A stretch of DNA of 64,000 nt from Octopus vulgaris (GCA_951406725.2 OX597822.1:72230001-72294000), one strand, 5' to 3'. Positions 1 to 14,639 are shown, numbered from the stretch's first letter. The notes: generated from the sequence alone by a model not told the origin. Program-made: numbers and translations.

Positions 1-226
1 TTCCACACAATGCTTTATACTAACTATTCCATTATACTAACTATTCTATTACTAACTAGAGAAAAAGAGAGCGAAGGAGTAAGAGAAAGAGAAAGAGAGA
101 AGGAGAGAGAAAGAGAAGACTATCCCCCAAGTACTTAGAGGGTTCTCTATTGATCATTAAAGGCGTAAGGTAAATGTAGAATATAAACCATGTTATTTTC
201 CTCCCTACTGGTCCCGTACCATATTT

Positions 227-255
227 CAGATGAAAGATTTACGCTCGAAACGTTA
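227..255 (+). ncRNA. Degenerate minimal hammerhead ribozyme motif (Penelope pLTR remnant)
   Basis: CAGATGA-AAGATTTACGCTC-GAAACGTTA resembles CUGAUGA-stemII-GAAAC-GUU with a U4>A change and an eroded stem II. Confidence 0.35.
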
Positions 256-355
256 TTTGTTTTTTGTTTCAATGTGAAACTCTATGACGTTTATTATATT
301 TTATGTACCATGCTTCCATTGTTTTTTTGTTATATTCTCTAAATATGGACATATG

Positions 356-516
356 GCGTATGAGTGGCTGTGTGGTAAAAAGCTTACTTTCCAACAACTT
401 GGTTCCGGATTCATTCCCACTGTGTGGTACCTTGGTCAAGTGTCTTCCATTATAGCCACACGCCGACCAAAGCCTTGTGAGTGTATTTTGTGGACAGGAA
501 TTGTAAGAAACCCGTC

Positions 517-562
<46 letters not shown>

Positions 563-622
563 TTGTGTGTCTGTGTTTGTTCCTCCACCCTCACTTGACA
601 ACCGATGGTGGTGTGTTTACGT
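356..622 (+). mobile_element. tRNA-derived SINE family A, partial
   Basis: Head TGGCTGTGTGGTAA...GGTTCCGGATTCATTCCCACTG, internal (TA)n, matches the full copy at 35060-35470. Confidence 0.8.
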
Positions 623-796
623 ACATACAAACATACATACACATACATGCATACGCACACACATACATATGTACGTATATACATACATAAATAAATACAA
701 ACATACATACACGCACACATACGTACATACATAAATATATACATACATACAAACGTACGTACATACAAACATACACACACACACATATACATGTAC

Positions 797-938
797 TTTT
801 TATCTTTTAGTTGTTTCATGACTTTGAAGAGTTTTCGTCGAACAAATCGACCCCAGGACTTAATTTCCCTAAAGTTTAGTACCTATTCTGTCGATCCCTT
901 TTGCTGAACCGCTAAGGATACATAAATATATACTTATG

Positions 939-971
<33 letters not shown>

Positions 972-1130
972 ATATATACAACGGGCTTCTTCCAGTTCCT
1001 GTCAACCAAATACAGTCATAAGGCTTTGGTCGGCCCGAGGCTATCGTAGGAGACATTTGCCACAGAGTGAGACTGAACCCGGAACCTTGTGGCTGTGAAG
1101 TAAGCTTCTTGCCACACAGCTGCACCTGTG
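797..1130 (-). mobile_element. SINE family A copy
   Basis: Reverse complement of the family A head and tail (GAACAAATCGACCCCAGGAC, GGCTTTGGTCGGCCCGAGGCTAT). Confidence 0.8.
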
Positions 1131-1136
1131 TCTATA

Positions 1137-2029
1137 TGAGGTTTGATCAATAGATATCCAGACTATTGATATAGTAACGAAGCTAAAGCACGCAGAGTAA
1201 AGCTGCTTGGTACAAATTGACCTTGAACTCTGTTGTGCATGCGCACTACGTTTTAACGTCCTAGCTCATTTTCCCTGTTTACAGCAGTGCTTGGAAGGAA
1301 GGTGTGTAGCGTGTGATCGTCGCGTTGACCATGACAGAGAAAGTCATCAGGGCGATACCTGCTCAGAGGCCTGCACAATGTTGCAGAAAGTGGTTGGAGA
1401 GGAGTGCATGGGCCGCACACAAGTGTTCGAGTGGTTCAGACGGTCCCATGACAGCCGAAAAAATGTCGATGGTGACGAACGTTCTGGGAAACCCTCAAAG
1501 AGCAGAACTGAGAAAAACGTCACAGATGTGCGTGCAGCTGTGAGGGGAAATCGTGAAATCACCATCTGTTAGTTGACAGGATGCGCAGATTCGCTACGGT
1601 TCAGTTCAGTTCATTATCACTAAAGGTTTAGGTATGAGACGCGTGTCTGCCTAATTTGTGCCAAAACTACTTACATCTCACCAAAAAGACACTCGGGTTT
1701 GTGTTGCACAAGATCTCCTTGATTGTGTCGAGAACGATGAAAACTTTTTGAAAACTTTGTGTAGGCCTCTGAGCAGGTATCGCCAAGCTTTTGGCAAAAT
1801 TTGATGCAGATTCTTTGCTCAACTTACTTTGTCATAGACAATGTGACGATCGTACGCTACACACCTTCCTTCCAAGCACTGCTGTAAACAGCGAAAGTGA
1901 GTTAGAACGTTAAAACCTATTAAGCATGCACAGCAGAATTCAAGGTCAATCTGTACCCAGCAGATTTACTCTCCGTGTTTTAGCTTCGTTACTATAGCAA
2001 CAGTCCGGATACTTATTGATCAGACCGCG
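1137..2029 (+). mobile_element. Non-autonomous mariner derivative whose 3' end is an inverted copy of its 5' end (about 250-bp arms)
   Basis: TA at 1135-1136 and 2030-2031; 1756-2029 is the reverse complement of about 1137-1378; the interior encodes a decayed mariner HTH (RTQVFEWFRR...DDERSGKP); same family as 3717-4951. Confidence 0.85.
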
Positions 2030-2453
2030 TATGTATATAATGTGTGTGAGTGTGAGACCTGAGTTCACATTTACACATACTTTTATGCAGCCTCCTTTTC
2101 GTTGTTTTTGAACTTTAACGATATTTTCTTATATTAATTTTCGTCCATTAATTTTTCAGCTTTCTCCTATTGAGAATTCATCCAGTCACGAAAGAATAAT
2201 CGAAATAAAAAAGGAAAGGAAAAAGAAAGGAAGTTTGTTTCGGACTCAATTTTCGTTCTGCGTATTTATATATTGAAGCATCGTGACACACTCCACACAC
2301 ACACACACACGCACACACATAAATATTGATATACAGAGACATAGACACTCACACATATATAGCTGAATAATGAATTGCATTTATGTATGTACAATATATA
2401 CACATACATACATACATATATAAATAAATAAATAAATATATATATATATATAT

Positions 2454-2507
<54 letters not shown>

Positions 2508-2767
2508 CATACATATACATATACATACATACACACACACATATATACACAGTTATCGATGTAGCTTATATGAAATTTACTTTTTCCTATTTACCAACTT
2601 TCAACTCGTACAGATAAAGCCCCCTCGGGATGGTTTAACTCTGTTCATTTTTACCTTTCCCTTCATCGTCTCGTTTTTTCCTTTTGATTTTTCATTTTCA
2701 TTTGTATTTCGCCCCCGTTTTGTCCCCAACGTTTCGGGCGCTAGTGGCCAGGAAAAAAAGATCATTA

Positions 2768-2834
<67 letters not shown>

Positions 2835-3716
2835 CGTTCTTGTTGTTTGCACATTCATATCACATGCACGACTAATACCCTTCGGAAAGACAAATACGTG
2901 ATCATTTCTCATTTCTTCCTAAAAAAAAAAAAGAAAGGGGAAAAAAACAAACAGAAAAGAAAAGAAAAGAAAATACGGAGAAATCTCTCCCCAAATGTTT
3001 AATGTCATGTCTATATATGGAAAAAATGCTGAAATGTTTTATTTATTGAAGGAAACGTCGGAATAGATTGTGATGGAAGCTCACCAGAATCACACGATCT
3101 TATCATTGAGTAACGAAATAACTTTTAGATTCAAGCCTTAAGATAAATTAAGACATTAGTTTCTTCAAAGATGAATTTGATGGAGTGGAAGAAAAGCGCA
3201 GAGTGCCGGACGGGATGACTTGCATATATACACTCACATGCAATTTACGCTCCCACGAATTCATATTCCGTTTGAGTCGATAGAATATATAAGTAACATT
3301 CAAGTTTGGCTGATTGGCTAGGAAGATCGTTTAGCAACCGTGTGGTTTCGGTTCGGATTTCACTGAGTGACATGTTGAGCAAGTTTATTCAATCTACTAT
3401 AGCCTCTAACATACACCTTGTGAGCAGAATTTAGTTGGTGGAACCATGTAGGTGCGTCACATTATCTCTATACAAAGGCTGAGATAAATGTTGGTTAGCT
3501 GGCTGGTTGAGTCTATAGTCACGATTTACATTGTTTAGGAAGATACAGTAGAGAAAGAGTAAAAGACAGATGTAGAGATTGTTAAAATATGAGGTACTGG
3601 CTGGGTGCTAATACAAGGTACCTAAAAAGGAAAAAAGAATCAGACAGGGGACAAGGAGAGGGAATATACGCACACCCATACACACACACACATATACATT
3701 TATATATGTACACATA

Positions 3717-4951
3717 CGAGTTCTGATCAATAAGTATCCGGACTGGTGCTATAAAAATAAGACTACAACACGTACCAATTTGACATTTAATCTCCTTCAA
3801 AGTAGTCCTCTTCGGAAGTCACGCGTTTAATCCATCGTTGGAAGCATTTCTGGAATTCGTTTTCTGGGATAATCAGCAGCTGCCTCCTCGCATTCACTTT
3901 GATTTCCATGACGTTCTGAGGTCTTCTTCCTTTCAAGCGGGATTTGATTTTTGGAAAGAGGAAAAAGTCGCAAGGGGCGATATCTGGGGAATACGGTGGC
4001 TGTAGGACCTGGGGAATGCTATACCTAGCCAAAACCTGCTGCACTAGCTACGCTGAATGGACAGGTGTGTCGTCATGGTGCAATTGTGACCTTTTCCGAA
4101 GAATAGCATCCCACAAACGCCGCAAAACGTCACGGTAGTACTCCATGTCTGAGCAGGTGGAGCATGCTCATGATGAAAAATCCCCTTGAAGTCGAAGAAA
4201 ACTGTTACCAGTGTTTTCACATTGCTTCGACTCATTTGTACTTTCTTTGGTCTCGGAGAGGTTGGGGTCTTCCATTGCGAACACTGAGCATTTTTTTCGG
4301 GGTCATAGCCATAGACCCACGATTCATCATCCGTTATGACTGTTTTCAAAAAGTTTTCATCGTTCTCGACACAATCAAGGAGGTCTTGAGCATCTGAAGC
4401 TAGAGGGTTTTTTTTTTTGGTCAGCTGAAAACAGTTTTGGCACAAGCTTGGAAGACACGCATCTGATACCCACATCTTCATAGATAATGGATTGAGCTGA
4501 AAAGTAACTAATCTGCACATTTTCTGGTAACTCACGGATGGTGATTCTACGATTTCCACTCACATCTGCACGCACATCTGCGATGTTTTTTTCAGTTCTG
4601 CTAGTTGCGGGTCTTCCAGAACGTTCGTCACTTCCGTCATTTTTTCGGCCATCTTGGAAACGGCTGAATCACTCGTACACTTGTGCGCAGCCCATAAACA
4701 CCTCTCCAGACACTTTCTGCAACATTACGTAGGCTTCTGAGCAGATATCGCCAAGCTTTTGGCGAAATTTGATGCAAATTCTCTGTTCAACTTTCTCTGT
4801 CATGGTCAGTACGACGATCACACGCTACACATCTTCATTCCAAGCACTGCGGAAGTAAGTTAGAACATAAAAATGTAGTGTGCATGCATAGCAGAGGTCA
4901 AGGTCAATCTGTGCCAAGCAGCTTCACTTTCCGTGCTTTAGCTTCGTTACT
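3717..4951 (-). mobile_element. Near full-length mariner (Tc1/mariner) element, 5' TIR lost
   Basis: TA + TIR CGAGTTCTGATCAATAAGTATCCGGAC at 3717; transposase fragments inside. Confidence 0.9.
3787..4803 (-). pseudogene. Frameshifted mariner DD34D transposase
   Basis: Motifs ITDDESWVYGYDPE, LHHDDTPVH (HDNA box) and PPYSPDIAPCDFFLFPK are split over several frames. Confidence 0.9.
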
Positions 4952-5171
4952 TGAAAAAAGGAGGGATAGAGAGATGGTGAGTATGTGTGTAAGAGTATAG
5001 GACAGCTACTGTAATTCGTACGTCTCTTTCTATGATATAGAAAAACAACATATGGATAGAACAGAATTACACGACTTTTTAAACGTTAGTGACATAATTG
5101 TACCGTAGGAGAATAATATTATAGATAGCGTATTCCATTTTATTCCGGAATTAAGATTGCTCAGAGCAATT

Positions 5172-5429
5172 ACTATCTATTCTGCCGAACCGCTAAGTTA
5201 CAGGGACGTAAACACACCAACATAGGTTTTCAAGTGACAGTGAGGACAAACACAGGCACACAAGTATATACGACGGGCTTCTTTCAGTTTCTGTCTACCA
5301 AATCCCCTCACAAGGCTTTGGTCAGCCCGAGGCTATAGTAGAAGACACTTGCCCAAGGTGCCACGCAGTGGGAGTGAACTCAGAACCATGTGGTTAGTAA
5401 ACAAACTTCTTACCACACAGCTGCACCTG

Positions 5430-5462
<33 letters not shown>

Positions 5463-5645
5463 CTTTTATTCTTTCATTCTTTTACTTGTTTCAATCATTT
5501 GACTGCGGCCAATCAGGAGCACCGCCTTTAGTCGAACAAATCGATCCCAGGACTTATTCTTTGTAAGCCCAGTAATTATGATATCAGTCTCATTTGCCGA
5601 ACAGCTAAGTTTTGGTGGTGAGGGGGACAAACACAGACATACAAA
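5172..5645 (-). mobile_element. Two adjacent SINE family A fragments
   Basis: Family A head at about 5270-5432 and tail segments at 5172-5260 and 5465-5645. Confidence 0.75.
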
Positions 5646-5681
5646 TAAATACATAATACATACATATGTATATATATATCC

Positions 5682-6212
5682 TAGGTTGAGGAAAAAGTTC
5701 ATGCGCCGTGTTAAAATAATGATTTTTATGCAAGAATTTATTCAAAAACAACAACAACTATTCTTCAAAATAAAGACCTTCATTTTCACGACCTTCTGCC
5801 AATGATATGCAAGATTTCGGATTTGGTCAAAGTACCAACCCTTCAGCTTTGAAGTGAAAGATTTTTGACTGGTTTCTTCAACTTCATCGAATGACTCAAA
5901 TCGGCGACCTTTCATAAAGTGCTGCATTGATCGAAAGAGACCGTAGTCAGACTGAGCAACGTCTGGACTATAGGCTGGATGCGGCTCAACTTCCACACCG
6001 TCCAATTCTTCAATCTTGTTGCTGGTCTTTCGGGCAGTATGCGGCTTTGCATTGTCTTGTTGAAACAAAGCGCGTTTTCGACGAACAAATCTGGGGTATA
6101 CACACACAGTGAGTCACCATTAAAGATGACATGAACCGAATGAAAACACACACCACAAAAATATATAAAAAGCATTATTTTAACACGATGCACGAACTTC
6201 TCCTCAGCCTAA
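5682..6212 (-). mobile_element. Internally deleted mariner (second family) with both TIRs
   Basis: About 40-bp TIRs (TAGGTTGAGGAAAAAGTTCATGCGCCGTGTTAAAATAATG and its inverse); ORF 5742-6107 has QQDNAKPH and HPAYSPDVAQSDYGLFRSMQHF. Confidence 0.88.
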
Positions 6213-6506
6213 TATATATATATATATATATATATCAATTTATAAATAAGGATAAGATCAATATTTAAATATCGATCTTATCAAGTGGACAGCATGGGAA
6301 TAAAAACCTAAGAAAGGTAATAATTATTTAAAATTATCCAGTAAAATTTTTTTTTGCTAGCTTATTTTGTCTCTCGGTCTACTCTCCTAGTGCTGTATGA
6401 ACATTTAATGTGGCTTTAGGGTCAGGTTTTGACTGCTATTTTCAGCGTGGTGGTATCTCTCAGATACTCTAATTTTTAATTTTATATATATATATATATA
6501 TTTACA

Positions 6507-6670
6507 TACGACAGGCTTCTTTCAGTTTCCTTCAACCAAATCCACTCACAAAGCTTTGGTCGACCTGAGGCTATAGTAGAAGACACATACCCAAGGTGCC
6601 ACGCAGTCTGACTGAATCCGGAACCATGTGGCTGGGAAGCAAACTTCTTACCCCACAGCTACTCCTGCGC
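6507..6670 (-). mobile_element. SINE family A head fragment
   Basis: GGCTTCTTTCAGTTTCC...CCCAAGGTGCCACGCAGT...CTTACCCCACAGC. Confidence 0.75.
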
Positions 6671-7477
6671 ACATATACATTATTTCTTCAGAATATTTTA
6701 AATAAATATTCCCATTGAAATTGTGAAGCGACGTGAACCAGTATGTCTTTATGAACACACTGGTTCATATACACACAATCTTTTAGACTGCAGTAGACAT
6801 CGACGAAAAGATAAAAATACTGAATAATGATTCTCAAGGCAAAACAGGTGACAAATGCATAACAAAGAATATAGTTTTCAAAGATGTTTTCTTCTAAGAT
6901 TGGACATTCAGCATCACCTTTGAGATCTTTACACCATCTCAAGAATATACTAAATACGATTACTAAGCAAAGTATGTATTTCACGATTCGCTATAAACTT
7001 CCTGCAATCTTAGAATTTTCAAACTTATCGCAGAATTTCCACGGCTGCTATTAGTTTCCATTAATCTTAATTACCCCATGCGTTCGGTTAGTATCGTCTC
7101 AATAGTCTTCGTATTATTACGTAGGCGTATCTTTCATATAATTGATTAGTGGTGATAAGTATTTCCTCCTGCCTTAGCGTCTCTCCTTTTCCTACCATTC
7201 TCTTCACATAGACATTTTGCTTCACCTAAGCGACCTTCAAATCAGTTAATAATACTCCCCCCCCCCGGTATATATATATATATGTATATATATATACATA
7301 TATATATGTACATATACATATATATATATATACATATATATATGCATATACATATATATATATGCATATATATATACATATATATACACATATATATATA
7401 TGTATATATATATATACATATATATATATACATATGTATATATATGTATATATATACATATATATATATACATATTC

Positions 7478-7520
<43 letters not shown>

Positions 7521-7909
7521 TACATATACATACACACACACATATATATATATTGTAGATGTCGTCAAACTCCCTTATCACTAAGAATATTTTCTGGTTC
7601 ACATGATCGATGATAAAATGTTATTTCATTTCATTTCATCTACATTTGATAAATGAACACCTTTTCGGCCGCTAACAAATGCAAATATCACCGACACAAT
7701 CACGATTACACCACTATAATTGCATTACAGACATCGTAAGAAAACAATCAACAGTCACATCGTGGTCCTCACAGTCTCATCTCTCACTCCCCACCATTCA
7801 ATCACGCCAGCATTATCGCCTTCAAAGAACTTCCCCCCGCCCCACAACCACTACTACAATTATCAGCACAATAGATCATGACCACCAAATCCACACATTC
7901 AGCAGAAGC

Positions 7910-8282
7910 AGTACCACCACCACAACCACCACCACCACCACCACCACCACCACCACCACCACCACCACCACCACCACCATCACTACGAGGACAACAACGA
8001 TGACCACCACTACCACTGCCACAGAAACCATCACCACTATCACTAGCTCATCAATCATCACCACCACCACCACCACCACCACCACTACAACCACGACCAC
8101 CATCACCACTAAAACTACCACAACTACCACCACACTAACCACTGCCGCAGCAACCACCATGACTACATCTACTCCAGCAACTAGCACCACAACTATCACT
8201 TCACCTCCACAACCACTGCCACCGCCACAGCAACCACTACCACCACCACCACTACCACCACCACCACTACCACCACCATCAA

Positions 8283-8321
<39 letters not shown>

Positions 8322-8345
8322 ACCAACAACCACCTCTACCTCCAC
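7910..8345. repeat. (ACC)n/(ACT)n low-complexity tract
   Basis: Visible trinucleotide repeats; gives spurious polyT/P/V ORFs. Confidence 0.9.
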
Positions 8346-9027
8346 CCGTACCTCATTATCATAATAAATACGGCCCTATTACTCTACTCCCCCACGCTGT
8401 CACCTTACCCCCTCACTAAAAACACCTCCAGCGGTCAATTAAGGATAGAAGCAAAAGAAAAAAAACGAATAAAAAAAAACAAGAATTAAAGAACAAGATT
8501 AAGAGTGAAATAATAAAAAAGATGGAGATGAGGAAGAATAAGAAGGAGATAGGGATGGTGGTTAGGGGGGAAGGAAAGAGGAAAAGATGAGGAAGACACA
8601 GAAACTGAAGTAGAAATGATGAAAGAGTTCGATTATATATAAAAAGTTTCAGCGATAGATAACCAGTGAAAAAAAAAAAAACAAAAAACAAAACAAAATA
8701 AAACAAACAAAAATCGATAAGCGAAAATATATGGAAAAAGAAAAAGAAGAAAAAAAAAGAAGTGAAAACAAAGATGATGTATAAATATAAATATAAACAA
8801 AACTCGTATAAAAGTTATTATTTTTTATTTTCCTTTGTGGAAAATTCAAATTAAAATAAAACATCAACAGCTAATAATAAACCCTTACAATCATCATCAT
8901 CATCGTCGTCGTCAACATCATTATCACCATCGTTTTCATCATCATCATCATCACTTCTATTGCACGAAATAAAAAATATAAAATGGCGACAATTTATCCA
9001 TCGAACTCTGTATCTCTCTCTCTCTCT

Positions 9028-9071
<44 letters not shown>

Positions 9072-9076
<5 letters not shown>

Positions 9077-9232
9077 GATTCTTTCAGTTTCCACCAACCA
9101 AATCTACTCAAGGCTATGGTCGGCCCGAGGCTGTAGTAGAAAACACTTGCCCAAGGTGCCACACAGTGGGACCAAACCCAGAACCATGTGGGTGAGAATC
9201 AAATTTCTTACCACACAGCCACACCTACGCCT
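9072..9232 (-). mobile_element. SINE family A head fragment
   Basis: Matches the family A head in reverse. Confidence 0.75.
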
Positions 9233-9342
9233 AGATGGATATCTCCACAACTCGCAACTTAACATATCAATTTCCACCAGCTCCAGCACCGGCGCTAGCA
9301 CTAGTGCTACCTCAGTAGTGGCATTTACAACAATATATACCT

Positions 9343-9545
9343 CTCAGGGGGTGTTGAAAAGTTCCTGGCTTTAAGGGTATCACCAAAGTCCTGGTTGGGG
9401 TCCTAACCTTCCGAGTTCTTTTACTGGGCTTAGAAGAACTGAGGGACCGCTGCCATAATTGTGGGAATCAGAGAGGGGAATATGTTGAATAAATTCATAA
9501 TTAAGTGATGCTTCTGTGTTTTCTTTTAACCAAAGCCAGCAGCCC
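9343..9545 (+). mobile_element. Mariner-derived MITE (about 210 bp)
   Basis: GGGGGTGTTGAAAAGTTCCTGGCTTTAAGGGTATC...; same family as 17649-17866 and 48745-48955. Confidence 0.7.
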
Positions 9546-10189
9546 ATCGCAAAATGCAAAAATAACTATTATTACCCACCAGCACCAGCACCAACACCAG
9601 CACCACCAGCACCACCAGCACCACCAACACCACCACCACCATCATCATCATCATCACCGCCACCAGCAAGAACATTAACACTGTAACAAATAGCAGCAAC
9701 AATAGCGGTGTGCACAGGCAACAGCAACCACGATTCGGATTGCTTCTACATCAACAACAGCAACATGTCCATATATATACAAGTAATAAAATAACAAAAA
9801 AAGCAAAATAATAATAATAATAAAAAAAACGCTACCATTTCCCCACCACTACCCCCACAACGACGAAGACCACCACCACCTCTAGTACCCAACTAATTCA
9901 TTAATAATGTATCGATGCCTAAGTGGCCCATTCTACTGTAGTCTGGGGGTATTTAGGAAATAAGTCTCGCTAGCCATACTACCACTTTCCTACCATAAAA
10001 GTCTGCTTTTAGCCTTCTTCACATACCACCAGACACCATTCCACTTTACCAATTCCACCCCATCTCACTTCTTTTACCCCAGTAATTATGAACCTGATTC
10101 ATTTCAAATTTCACGCTCTGCCCAGAGTTTAAGATTTATTTCCCAATCTTTGCATGACATGAATAAATAAATTAATAAACAAACAATAA

Positions 10190-10740
<551 letters not shown>

Positions 10741-11109
10741 GTAGTAATGTTATTTAGGTTGCAGTTGTTTTTGTTGTCCTGGTTATTATTTTTGTTGTTG
10801 TTGTTGTTGTTGTATTGTTGTGTTTATTGTTGCGTTCGTAATTTGATTGAATATCAGAATGAACTTTTATCTTATTTTGCGTGGTCTTGCCTTAGTTTCA
10901 TACTTCTATTGTCGATAGAAGAAAACTTGGCTAATTGCCTTGTTTTCCAACGTATAGAACCGATGTATAGAACTGGAAAGGCGAAATGTATAACTAACAC
11001 TTGAAATGATGTTTGTTTAAAAGGAAATTATTTTGAGTTGCTGAGAATACATATCTTACGTATGTACGTAGACACACATGTAGATATCTATAAACTTATC
11101 TACTTTCAT

Positions 11110-11171
<62 letters not shown>

Positions 11172-11309
11172 ACACACACATACATACATACGTACATACA
11201 TACATATATACATGCATACATGCATTACAATTTACACAATAAGTATAGATGACGGTAATAAACTTTTTGTTAAACAAAAAGTTACTGACTATACATGCAT
11301 ACAAATATG

Positions 11310-11388
<79 letters not shown>

Positions 11389-11411
11389 GTACATATATGT
11401 ATATATATGTA

Positions 11412-11612
11412 TTCGTTTACTTGTTTCAGTCATTTGACTGAGGCCATGCTGGAGCACCACATTTAGTCGAACAAATCGACCCCTGGACTTATTCTTTGTA
11501 AGCCTAGTACTTATTCTATCGGTAGATTATGCTGAACCGCAAAGCGACGGGGACGTAAACACACCAACATCGGTTGTCAAGCGATGGTGGGGGATAAATA
11601 GAGACAGACAGA

Positions 11613-11706
<94 letters not shown>

Positions 11707-11719
11707 TGTATGTATATAA

Positions 11720-11782
<63 letters not shown>

Positions 11783-11915
11783 ATTGAAAAAATAGGAGAA
11801 AATCTTTATAAGAATTTATCAAGTAGTTAGCGTGAAAAACCTCATAAGGGAAAAATCCATGAATTATTGCTCTTAAATATATTTATTTATATTAAGGGCA
11901 TTATAGTAATGCCCT

Positions 11916-11964
<49 letters not shown>

Positions 11965-12110
11965 CGACGAGCTTCTTTCAGTGTCTGTCTACCAAATCCG
12001 TTCATAAGACTTTGGTCGGCCCGAGGCAATAGTAAGACATTTGCCCGGTGGGGCTGAACCCGGAACCATGTGATTGAGAACCAAGCTTCTTATCACACAA
12101 CCCCTCCTGT
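11412..12110 (-). mobile_element. SINE family A, full length, interrupted by (TA)n and an AT-rich insert
   Basis: Tail at 11412-11610 and head at 11965-12110 flank a TA tract. Confidence 0.8.
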
Positions 12111-12716
12111 ATTTTTTCTGACGGGCTAACGATTTTGCTTACTCCCCACCTTTATCATTGTACTCATAATAAAATTTGAGGATTCAAATGTCATTCAATC
12201 CTTATAAAGAAAATAAACATATGGTTACTCTATGTCATACAGGCTCTACAACTCTACAGCATCGCCCGGCTTTTCAATAAGCAAGAAACAAACCAGAACC
12301 CACAATACTTTTACTAGCTGTAAAAATGGCTCCAATAACGTGATAATTGTAGCTGTGCATGTATGTCATAAAATATTATGAGAAGTCTGTAAGCTGGCAT
12401 CTCATTAAAGTCTCACGAATTTATTGGTCTTTTTTTTTACTCCATTGCTCCATATTTTGACAAGGCAAAAATATATTGCATTAAAAATACTACAGTTTCT
12501 TCACATTTCAGATTTATTTTCGGTAGTCTAATTTTATGTTACTTAAATGCAAATTCGCATATTTTTCTTAGATGTTCCCGTTGTTCATTACCGCATTAAA
12601 AACCGCTTAATATAGTTGAAACAAATATTAGTCAAGATTTTGAAAACTTGCTTTGTGTGTGTTTATATATATATGTGTGTGTATATGTATGTGTGTGTGA
12701 CTTGTGATTACTTAAA

Positions 12717-12980
12717 CTAACACGAATTGGTAGTTTTAAGACTAAACATATGGATAAATTTTATAGCACATTTCTTAATATTTATATAAACTTTTTTCAT
12801 AACAAAATATGTAAGTACCAACAAACGTGTATGTATTCGTGATTACGGAAAGTAACACGAATTAGTTATTTAAAACATACATACATGAATAAATTTTGTA
12901 ATATATTTCTTAAGATATAAATAAACATTTTCATAAGAAAATATATTCAGGTACCAACGAATACGTATATATATATTTCA
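12717..12980. repeat. Diverged tandem duplication, about 135 bp x2
   Basis: TAACACGAATT...TAAATTTT...TTTCATAA...GTACCAAC occurs twice in tandem. Confidence 0.7.
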
Positions 12981-13084
12981 TTCAAGTCCTACGGCTCTAA
13001 GTCATTTGAATTTTATCGTATGTAGTCGTTGTATAAAGCAATAGCTGACTCCAAAAATACTACATTGATAATATTAGTGAAAAA

Positions 13085-13300
13085 AGCGGCGAGTTGGCAG
13101 AATTGTTAGCGCGTTGGATAAAATACCTACCGGTATTTCTTCCGGCTCTTTAAGTTCTGAGTTCAAATGTTGCTGAGGTCACCCTTGTTTTTCATTCTTT
13201 CAAGGTTGATAAAATAAGAACCAGTTGAGGACTGAAGTCGATGTAAACAACTAATCTTCACACCTAAAATTGATGGCCTTGTACCAACATTTAGAGGCAA
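13085..13300 (+). mobile_element. tRNA-derived SINE family B
   Basis: GCGGCGAGTTGGCAGAATTGTTAGC...GTTCTGAGTTCAAAT... head shared with 21069 and 33777. Confidence 0.75.
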
Positions 13301-14092
13301 TATGAGAATGATGGTAGAAGGCAAAGTACTTGGTTGTTACGCGTTTCGTAAAAATCAGTTAAGGGCTTTTTTTCTTGAAAAACTGAGAAGGCTATGGAAT
13401 AGGAGTAGAAATAAAGTAGTGGAGAAGAGCTGAAGTAGCAAGTAAACTGGACTCAGTTTCCAGGGAATCATCAATCACAGTTCATCACATGGCAGAGGAC
13501 ACACTTCGTGACCGATCTTGGGAACAAAAAAGTATGCACCCTGTCTTCCGACTGTAGTAACTAGCAGCATCACACCATCAATTTGTGACGAGAGGAGGAG
13601 CTGGAAGTTGAACAAGATTGCTAAACTATCGGAAGAGAGTGCGTGAAGGGCGAAATAAATAGGAAAATAGTTTCTCCCACCCACAGATCGAACCGTGCTA
13701 TACATTTGTACTGAACAGTAGTCTACAGTTGATGGCCATGTTATATCTCTAGGGATGTTATATACACGATACGAAATTAATTTAGGAAAACAAATTACCA
13801 AAAGAAGTGATATACAGACATGTACCAGACAAAATACTTATGAGGTCTCACAATCATTCCGTGAGCATTTAAAAGAACGTGTACTTGAGGACATTGGGAT
13901 TTTAATAACACGGCCATCACAAAATATACTATGGGATGTTTTTGGTTGCAACCCCACCCCAAAAGATTGGTGGAAGTATAGAGCCGAAGAGTTGTCTGAC
14001 CCAGCCTAAACAGTGGAGTTCCATCTATATGTGGTGGGTAACTCTAAATGGTTTTTATTTGTATTATCATTAAATTTTGTTTTGTTGTTTAT

Positions 14093-14462
14093 AATTATTA
14101 GCGGAGGTATTATTAGCGGAGGTATTGTTTTCAGTTGTGTTTGTTTGTTTGTCTGTGGACAAGATATCTCAAGAACCGCTGGATGGATTCGGATGAAACT
14201 TTCAAGGATATTTGGCCTCGTGAGTGGCACGAATGGATTAGATTTTGGGATCAATCCGGTACAGGTCAAGGATTCCGGATTATTTTCCGTTTTTTTAACT
14301 TAATTTTTGAGAGCGGTCCGGTTCATTTTTAGTCATCTCGTTTGCAGGATCAATCGAGCTTATTTCAGGTATTTCTTATTTTAGGAATCATCTCTGGCTA
14401 ATCGTTGAGATGACGTTGGTGTTGCCTTGGCGGAGGTTTGCGCTCTCTCGGTGCTCTTGTTT
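14093..14462 (+). mobile_element. HINE/DINE-1-like non-autonomous Helitron/Helentron derivative
   Basis: 5' GCGGAGGTATTGTTTTC, (GTTT)n-GTCT microsatellite, 3' TTGGCGGAGGT repeat plus short hairpin GCGCTCTCTCGGTGC then TCTTGTT. Confidence 0.65.
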
Positions 14463-14639
14463 ATATTAATTTCCTACTTTAAAAAAATGTGTAATGCGGT
14501 TAATGTATGATGGCCTAACCCTCAAACACAAGTTTATTTTCTAGTCTTGCGCCTATTGTCTTTAATGAGCACTCTATTTTATTGTATTTCATCCAAGCCT
14601 TGTGGCTAATAACTAAAAAAATCATTATCCTCTAGCGAT

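Noticed and set aside
7226-7613. Numerous Y/I/C/V/H/T-rich ORFs here and at 26130-27451, 33113-34933, 36122-36745, 39658-40393 and 51202-51687
   Set aside because: They are translations of (TA)n, (CA)n, (TACA)n and (TCTA)n microsatellites that simply lack stop codons
7679-8419. 246-aa Thr/Pro-rich mucin-like ORF
   Set aside because: Almost entirely (ACC)n/(ACT)n repeat; no domain or splice evidence
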